DNA of 63,398 nt, filler included, from Octopus bimaculoides (Eukaryota): assembly GCF_001194135.2 (NCBI RefSeq). It is 8 parts of 8 records of this genome, joined end to end, with 100 filler letters (N's around TTAATTAATTAA, not from the genome) between each part and the next. Parts side by side here need not be neighbours in the genome. Positions count along the whole stretch, not along the records: positions 61,360 to 63,398 come from NC_068990.1; 7 more parts are not named here. The stretch is one strand, 5' to 3'. Made by a program: the position numbers and the translations under genes. Below the pieces are notes generated by a model. The model ran no database searches and was not told where the DNA came from. It worked only from the letters and a program-made list of their open reading frames with translations. Shown here piece after piece: positions 63,154 through 63,398 of the stretch. How positions within the stretch are numbered: the first letter of the stretch is position 1; each line of letters starts with the position of its first letter.

Positions 63154-63398
63154 GATGGTATAAAGACACGCCAGAAAAGGTCACAGAAAACGAGAAAGCA
63201 GCCATACTCTGGGATATGCCAATAGACACAAATAGAGAAATTAAGGCAAATAGACCAGATATAGTTGTCAAAGATCATGAAGAAAAAAAATGCTTTCTAA
63301 TTGATGTATCAATACCAGCAGATGACAACGTTTCTCTAAAAGAAATGGAAAAACTTTCAAAATACAAAGACCTGGAAATAGAGATAACTCGAATGTGG
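63153..63398 (+). mobile_element. 5'-truncated R4/Dong-like LINE, restriction-like endonuclease domain (runs off window)
   Basis: RWYKDTPEKVTENEKAAILWDMPIDTNREIKANRPDIVVKDHEEKKCFLIDVSIPADDNVSLKEMEKLSKYKDLEIEITRMW (RPD..D..K..KY signature), directly after an (AAT)n tract. Confidence 0.85.

Overview
AT-rich, gap-ridden, microsatellite-dense animal genomic DNA, most likely octopus. That assignment is inferred from the SINE and RTE families and the repeat landscape, not from a search. The only host gene I can support is coding exon 1 of cyclophilin B (PPIB; minus strand, 3000-3095: signal peptide plus KGPKVTDK, then a phase-0 GT donor). The rest of the gene lies left of the window. Nearly all other complex sequence is decayed transposon: a maT/DD37D element, RTE and CR1 LINE pieces, two Helitron RepHel remnants, a hAT transposase, a Dong/R4-like LINE in a (TAA)n tract, three tRNA-derived SINE families, several MITEs and many Penelope-like element (PLE) pieces. 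The PLE pieces resemble three clades, and several are absent from the ORF track. The most interesting signals are: (i) minimal hammerhead-ribozyme motifs in PLE terminal repeats, including one canonical copy and a three-copy family with a shared A6U core variant; (ii) short perfect snap-back hairpins at 5' truncation junctions of unrelated retroelements; (iii) an orphan pre-miRNA-like 31-bp hairpin; (iv) a tandem, TAA-flanked non-coding element that may depend on the Dong-like LINE; (v) an ETS/NRF1/CRE motif cluster with a splice donor that may be an unannotated promoter. TTAATTAATTAA inside N gaps is an assembly linker. Most ORFs in the track are microsatellite or N artefacts. All translations and pairings were read by eye, element boundaries are approximate, and no database search was run. 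I found no strong evidence for an entirely new multi-gene system.
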